This document shows positions 58,261 to 64,000 of a stretch of 64,000 nucleotides of DNA, piece by piece (the stretch's first letter is position 1; each line of letters starts with the position of its first letter). The position numbers and the translations under genes are program-made. The DNA is taken from the NCBI GenBank assembly GCA_976551045.1, contig CDPCPM010000171.1, positions 2,914,001 to 2,978,000 on the forward strand, given 5' to 3'. The DNA comes from Glaucostegus cemiculus. Taxonomy: Eukaryota. Under the pieces are notes generated by a model. The model searched no databases, had not been told where the DNA came from, and worked only from the letters and a program-made list of their open reading frames with translations.

Positions 58261-61200
58261 CTGATGGAGAGAACGAGGACATAATTAACTTTCAGAACAA
58301 TAAAGCAACATCCACCAAAAATATTCACCATTTGTAATAATTTAAGCTCTATTGAGATTTGTGAGGCTATTTTAGATTCTTGCAATTTCAAACACCTAGC
58401 AGCAAAAGGGACAAAAAGATTTCTGAGTCTCTGATCCTAATCACATGCTAAGAACTGTACAAAAAAAATACTATTTATAGTGTAATCATTGTTATTATGC
58501 CTGAGAAGAGGAACTGGAAAATCCCCAAGACTACAGATAAAATGAGTGACTTCTGATATTTAATCACTACTCCAATCTGCCCTGCCTCAGTCCTGCCCTA
58601 TTGTTCTCCCCAAAGCACTACTCCTTCCACAAACCCTTCTCTACAGCATAAAATATACTCATTAACATTTTCTACTTCTGATGAGAATTCACTGAGCTGA
58701 AACAGTATATTTTCTCTCTCTCTGAAGTTGCTGCCTGACTTGCTGAGCATTTGCAGCATTCCCTGCTTTTGTAGTGATTAACTTCTCATCCTGATTCCCT
58801 ATAAATTGCTGCCTTCACATTGGAGAGATCCCCTTCTGTGTGATCTTTCAGGCCAACTTTGACCAGCAGACAAGATTTCCTGGACTCCACTCAGTGCTTC
58901 CTCCATGATAGCACCTCCAATGGTGCAGAACTCTCTCAACATTATTGTGTCATGCCAGTCCAGCCCTATATTGCAGGTAGACTCATCTAGCCCAGAGGTA
59001 AAGGTGCTTTCAATTCTCCAACTTCAGGTAACCTGCACTTCCTCTGCCCATATTCTCTCTCCTCCTGATCGACCAGTTTCTCCTACACCCCCCCCCCCCA
59101 CCAGCCCTGCATCACCCTGTTTCTTTCTCCTCCTCCACTCACTCCATCTGCCCATCACCCACACATTTCTCCCACTGGGTCCCCTCTCCCTACTATTCCC
59201 ATCTGCCCTCCCCACCTCCCGTATTTGGTTCCATGCTCCACCTTCCTGTCCAGGCAGATTCCACCATCTGCAGCCCTTTGTTGCCTCCACCTCTCACCTC
59301 CAAGCCGCTGTCTCTACCTCCACTCTTCCCTCATCTATCTCCCTATCACCCCTCCTCACCTGGATCCACCTATCACCTGCCAGCTCTTGCTCCACCCCTT
59401 CCCCTCACCAAGTGGGCAGGCACAGTAGTGTAGCGGTTAGCATAACGCTATTACAGTGCCAGCAACCCGGGTTCAATTCCCGCCACTGTCTATAAGGAGT
59501 TTGTACGTTCTCCCCATGACAGAATGGGTTTCCTCTAGGTGCTCCCGTTTCCTCCCACGTTCCAAAGACATGCAGGTTAGGAAGTTGTGGGCATGCTACA
59601 TTGGCACCAGAAGCATGGCAACACTTGCAGGCTGTCCCCAGAACACTCTACACAAAAGATGTATTTTACTGTGTGTTTTGATGTACATGTGACTAACAAA
59701 GATCTTTTTACTAGCTATCTCCCCTCTATCTCTCAGTCCAGATGAAGGGTCTCAACCCAAAACATTGACTGTCCATTTTCCTCCATAGATGCTGCCTGAC
59801 CCGTTGAGTTTCTTAAGCAGTTTGGGGTTTTTTGCTCCAGATTCCAGCATCTGCCCCCTCTTGTGTCTCTGTGCTTTCAATGGAGTCATGCTAACATTGA
59901 ATAGGATCATCAGCTTTGAGCAAGCTAAGTCATAGTCTGAAATTGACTATGGTACAGCAGTGACAGAAGTATTTCACAGGGTGTCTGGCCCTTTGGAATA
60001 TCCTGAGATGGTAAAAGGAAAAAGAGAAATGCATGTTTTTATTTCTTTGTGAAACCCTGTTTGGTTTAAATTGGTCACACAACTGAGGAGAGCAATCAGA
60101 ATCAGACAGCTCCTGGCTCGCTGAGTTTTCCTAACTTTCCAGTGGTGTGTTTAATAAAGTGAAACGTGCACACTAGAATCTCTGAAAACTAACTCACGGA
60201 GGGAGCAAAACAAAAAGAGGAATTTTATTTTTCCTGACAGTTGTGAATTATTTCACTGCTGAATCTCACCTGCTTTTATGTTACAATCAGGCTCTCCCAG
60301 CTGAGTTAGATCAGAGATGAATTCCATCCCTTTTCCTGAACTACACTGATCTATTATCAAATTCTTTTAGAAGTATAAACATGGGCATATTTCCAGTTAC
60401 CTGCTCAAGCTAACCTTTCATCTCTCCTACAAACATTGCTGAGTTATCAGGGAATTGTGGCCAATTTCATGATATAGAGTCTACAATCTAAGAGGCTATA
60501 GCAAACTGATTTCAGTTTATTAAACTCAGTTGGCAAGTATTCTGTCATTCCCAAACCAACATTCAGAGGTGAAAATAAACTCTGCAAGCCAACAAAAAAA
60601 CTGTGGGTGCTGGAAAACTGAAATAAAACAGAAATTGCTGGAAACACTCAGCAGGTCAGACAGCATCTGCAGAGGGAGAAACAGGGTTAATATTCCAGGT
60701 CAATGAACTTTATTCAGAACACGAAGATATGAACAGATTAGTGACCAGTATCCAGAACACAAATATACTGGAGATATAATTAGAGGCGTAAAGCAAGTAT
60801 CGAGACAGGGAGAGTTGATGGACGAGGAGAAGGGCTAAATCAGATGCGAAGATCAGTGGATGGAAGAGAGGAGTGATAAAATGACAATAGGGATGTTGGT
60901 GCAAGGGACAAGCAAGGAAACAAAGGATGGGCCCAGAGGAGGTGTGAATGGCAAGAGCCAACAGCTACAGCAGAGGTGAAAGTCTGTAAGAGTCAGTGCC
61001 AACAACCCAGCAGTGGTGAACCAGTAGGAAAGTGGCCACTGCACTCAGTACAAGAGGCGTCAGCTGGTATAATGTTAGCAATATGACTGAACAGGTAAGA
61101 AATGTAAGTTGATTTCAACTCTGAACTGCAGTCTGGAGCAGTAGTGATGGTCTGAAATTGTTGAATGTTGATTCTGGATGGCTGTAGTGTACCCGGCTGA

Positions 61201-63487
61201 AGAATGAAATGGTCCTTCTAGAGATTACATTGAGCTTGGTTGGAATAGTGCCCGAGGACAAGGGCTCACTCACCTGTCACAGTCAGCTGCACATAATCAC
61301 TGTACTTTGACATCTCAGTCTCAGAGATCTGATACTGGCAGAAGTAAATGCCTGAATCGTAGACTGTTACAAGTTGGATCTCGAAGGCCATGACAGAACC
61401 ATTTCCCACTTCTGTGAATCGCAGATTCATGCCATCTTTGTACAGCATGAAGTGTGTAGGTGAATCTTGCCCTGGAGCTGTACATGTGAATGTAACAGAG
61501 TCTCCTAGAACTGAACTAGGCGATGAGCGAATTGCATGCAGTGTGGGCTTCAGAGCTTCTACCAGCATTGAAAAATAAATATAGGGTTAACTAAATCATC
61601 TTAAGTGAACTGTAAGATATTCAACAAAAGCTGGTTATAACAGGTTTGAAGGTATTCTTTGAAAACAATTAAACACCCTGGCTACATTGATCTACTACAC
61701 CATAGAATGTACAATCATACACCATAGAATACAGTTATAAAAATATAGAAACTCATGGCACAAAAAGGCCAGTTGGCCCATCATGTCCTTGTCAGCTTTC
61801 TGAAAGATCTGTTCCATTGGTCGCGAACCTCATCTTTGCTCCATAATCCTGTAAACTATGATTTTTAAATAACTAATTTTTTTCTGACCAGCCTTTCAGA
61901 TGCATTCCAGATTGTAACAACGCTCTGTGCAAAGGACGTATCTTCTTACTTGTCCTCTGACAATTGTTTTTGATATCTGATCACCGGTCCCTGATCCATC
62001 TGCCAGAGGAAAGCACTTCCCCGTAAGTACGATCTTCATTGTTTAAAATATTCCTGTCGGGTTTCCATTAACCTTCTCTGCTCGAAGGAGAACCCTCAGT
62101 TTCTTAAATCATTCCACATAAATGAATCCCTTCAAATCTGGTACCATCCTTCAAACCTTATATTTATATTTCCCATATTTTGCATGTTTCCTTGAGGCAT
62201 AAAAGAAGACCATTTGGCCCAGCTAGTCTATGCTGGCTAGCTGGATCAGATTGCTGAGACCCAGCTGGCTCTCAGCAATCTGAGCAATCCCCATTCTCCC
62301 ACTTTATGACACCGTAACCTACTCTCTCATGTATGTCCAACTCCCCCCTTATTCTCCTACCACCCACCTATACTAAGGGCATATTACAGCAGATAATTCA
62401 CCTACCAGCATGTCTTTGGGGTGTGTGACACCATGCAGTCACAGGCAGAATGAGCAAACTCTAGACATACAGATCACAGGTCAGGCACAAACCCCAGTTG
62501 CTGGAGCTGTGAGGCAGCAGCACCGCCTGCTGCACCGCTGCGTCGCCCAACTTTCCCTGAAGGCTTACAAAGCCAATAGAGACTTGCATAGGTCTGGTGT
62601 CAGTGCATTGTTCACAATACTGGAGGTGGGTTCTAACCTCTGAAGAGTAATGAGTTCCAAGGAATCAGAGTCACACAGCACAGAAACAGGCTCTCCAGCT
62701 ACCAGGTCCTTACCAACCACCAAATACCCATCCATACTAATCCCATTTACCAACACCTTGACTCTATGACTCGTTCCATAGCCATCTATATCTCAGTGAT
62801 TCAAATCCTCATTCACGCACTTGTTAAACATCATGAAACCTGCCTCCACCACCTTTCCAGGTGCTGCTTTCCACATTGCAGCCACCCTCTGCGTGAAAAG
62901 GTAAATGTCCTTGGAACCCCTCTGTCCTTCTTACTCCTCACCTTGAACCTACGCCTCTGGTCTTAGATATCTCCATTATGAGGAAAAGATCTCACTATCC
63001 ACCCTATCTATGTTCTTTCACTGCTATCAGTGTCCCTCTCAGCCTCCTCAATTCAATCTCTCCTGAAACAATCCACCCCAGGCAACATCCTAGTAAATCT
63101 CTGCACGCTCTCCAGTACATTCATCTCCCTCCTATAGTGTGGCGATCAGAACTGAACATAATATTCCAGCTGTGGTGTAACCAAAGTTTTATAGAGTTGT
63201 ACTGTGACTGCCATATTATGTTCTGTGGCCCAAAATGGTATAGTAACTGTGGAGTTACAGTATCTTATCAGTCCGATAACTAACCGTATTCCTTTTTTTT
63301 GCACTATTTACTTATTTTTGTAGTTTTTAGTAATGTTATGCCTTTTCACTGTACTACTGCCACAAAGCAACAAATTTCATGTCACATAAGTCAGTGACAA
63401 TAAATCTGATTCTGAGATACTTGCTTCATCCTTTTAGATTCAGGCACTGACCTTTGTTTCCAGCACTCTGGCACCCAGACACAAGAG
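58112..63487 (-). CDS. LRC-type (LILR/OSCAR/NKp46/CHIR-like) single-Ig activating receptor, 5'-partial: 63487-63452, 61558-61274, 58260-58112
   Basis: Phase-1 exons splice in frame: xLVSGCQSAGNK / EALKPTL...VTFTC...FMLYKDG...DSGIYFCQY...SDYVQLTVT / ELLWPKAVGFRLMVVFILHTVVLVTWLLYPNGGEDPKKNKTEMRVPEYV*. AATAAA on the minus strand at 57938-57943. The first signal exon was not found in this window. Confidence 0.75.
59416..59705 (+). mobile_element. tRNA-derived SINE nested in a Penelope-type repeat
   Basis: TAGTGTAGCGG and GGTTCAATTCC boxes; same body as 1713-2000. Confidence 0.8.
61274..61558 (-). CDS. Ig-like C2 domain exon
   Basis: 285-nt phase 1-1 exon with both Ig cysteines (VTFTC, DSGIYFC) and KPTL, FxLYKxG and SD.V.L.VT motifs; donor ACAG|gtgagt. 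Confidence 0.9.
63452..63487 (-). CDS. 36-nt signal-peptide mini-exon
   Basis: ttatttcccgatacag| CT CTT GTG TCT GGG TGC CAG AGT GCT GGA AAC AAA G |gtcagt; phase 1-1. Confidence 0.62.
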
Positions 63488-64000
63488 CTGTATCGGGAAA
63501 TAATTGAACAATTCAGATCAGTGTTATCCAGAGTTCAAAAAAAGTATTCATCATTCAGTGACTTAATATAGATTCTGTCAGAGTTATGAACAGATTAAAT
63601 TATATTAAGATGTGAACAGCCGCACATTTGTGTCCAATTTTACACAAAAATAACCATCTGGATTTACATTAAAGCAGCAGAACTTCCTAATGCTTCACAA
63701 GAGCAATTCTCAGAATAGGTTGACTCCAAGACATATTAGGAGGTATCAGAGCAGATGTTTTCAGATTAAGTTCCCAAGGAGGAACATATGGATGAGAAGG
63801 AGGAGGCCAAGAAAACATACTTGGGGGACATCAGTGTGGAGAGGGAAGAGAATCCATTACTGAGATACTACCTCATCAGAATGGAACTGGGGTGGGGAGA
63901 TCCCACCCAGATGGACAATGCTGGGTGCACAGCAGAGCTGCTGACTCACAACTCCAGTGACCCGGGTTTGAACCCGACCTCCGCTGCTGTGTGGAGTTTG

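Noticed and set aside
58122-58391. ORF-track 89-aa minus ORF
   Set aside because: It is the wrong frame; the phase-1 frame from the 58260 acceptor gives the TM exon.
58905-59495. 196-aa Pro/Ser-rich ORF
   Set aside because: It is a low-complexity C/T-rich Penelope-type repeat running into a SINE.
60270-60426. Two small AG..GT-bounded candidate stalk exons for the Ig receptor (60300-60270 and about 60426-60401)
   Set aside because: Both give an early stop in phase 1. A secreted isoform cannot be excluded but has no support here.
1-64000. CRISPR arrays, operons or other prokaryotic systems
   Set aside because: The window is intron-containing vertebrate DNA with no regularly spaced repeat-spacer array.

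Overview
Vertebrate genomic DNA, most likely a cartilaginous fish (ray or shark); this is inferred from the repeat landscape of CR1, Rex-Babar, L1 and RTE LINEs, tRNA-SINEs and Penelope-type foldback repeats. Most ORF-track entries are spurious or single exons. By reading splice sites and codon phases I assembled four spliced genes. (1) Cone cGMP-phosphodiesterase gamma PDE6H (+, 3 coding exons, 81 aa). (2) A 12-exon CCDC96/CFAP184-like ciliary coiled-coil gene (-, 543 aa) with an RFX X-box beside its ATG. (3) WBP11 (-, 11 coding exons, 634 aa, CpG-island promoter). (4) A 5'-incomplete, single-Ig-domain receptor gene (-) with hallmarks of a leukocyte-receptor-complex (LRC)-type activating receptor: a 36-nt signal mini-exon, a C2 Ig exon, a transmembrane Arg and a short tail. 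Between WBP11 and this receptor sits a young, internally deleted class III (ERV-L/HERV-S-like) provirus. It has paired LTRs, a 5-bp TSD, a tRNA-Ser PBS and an Fv1/ERV-L-like gag split by a chimeric CR1 insertion. All homology calls come from recalled motifs; no searches were run.
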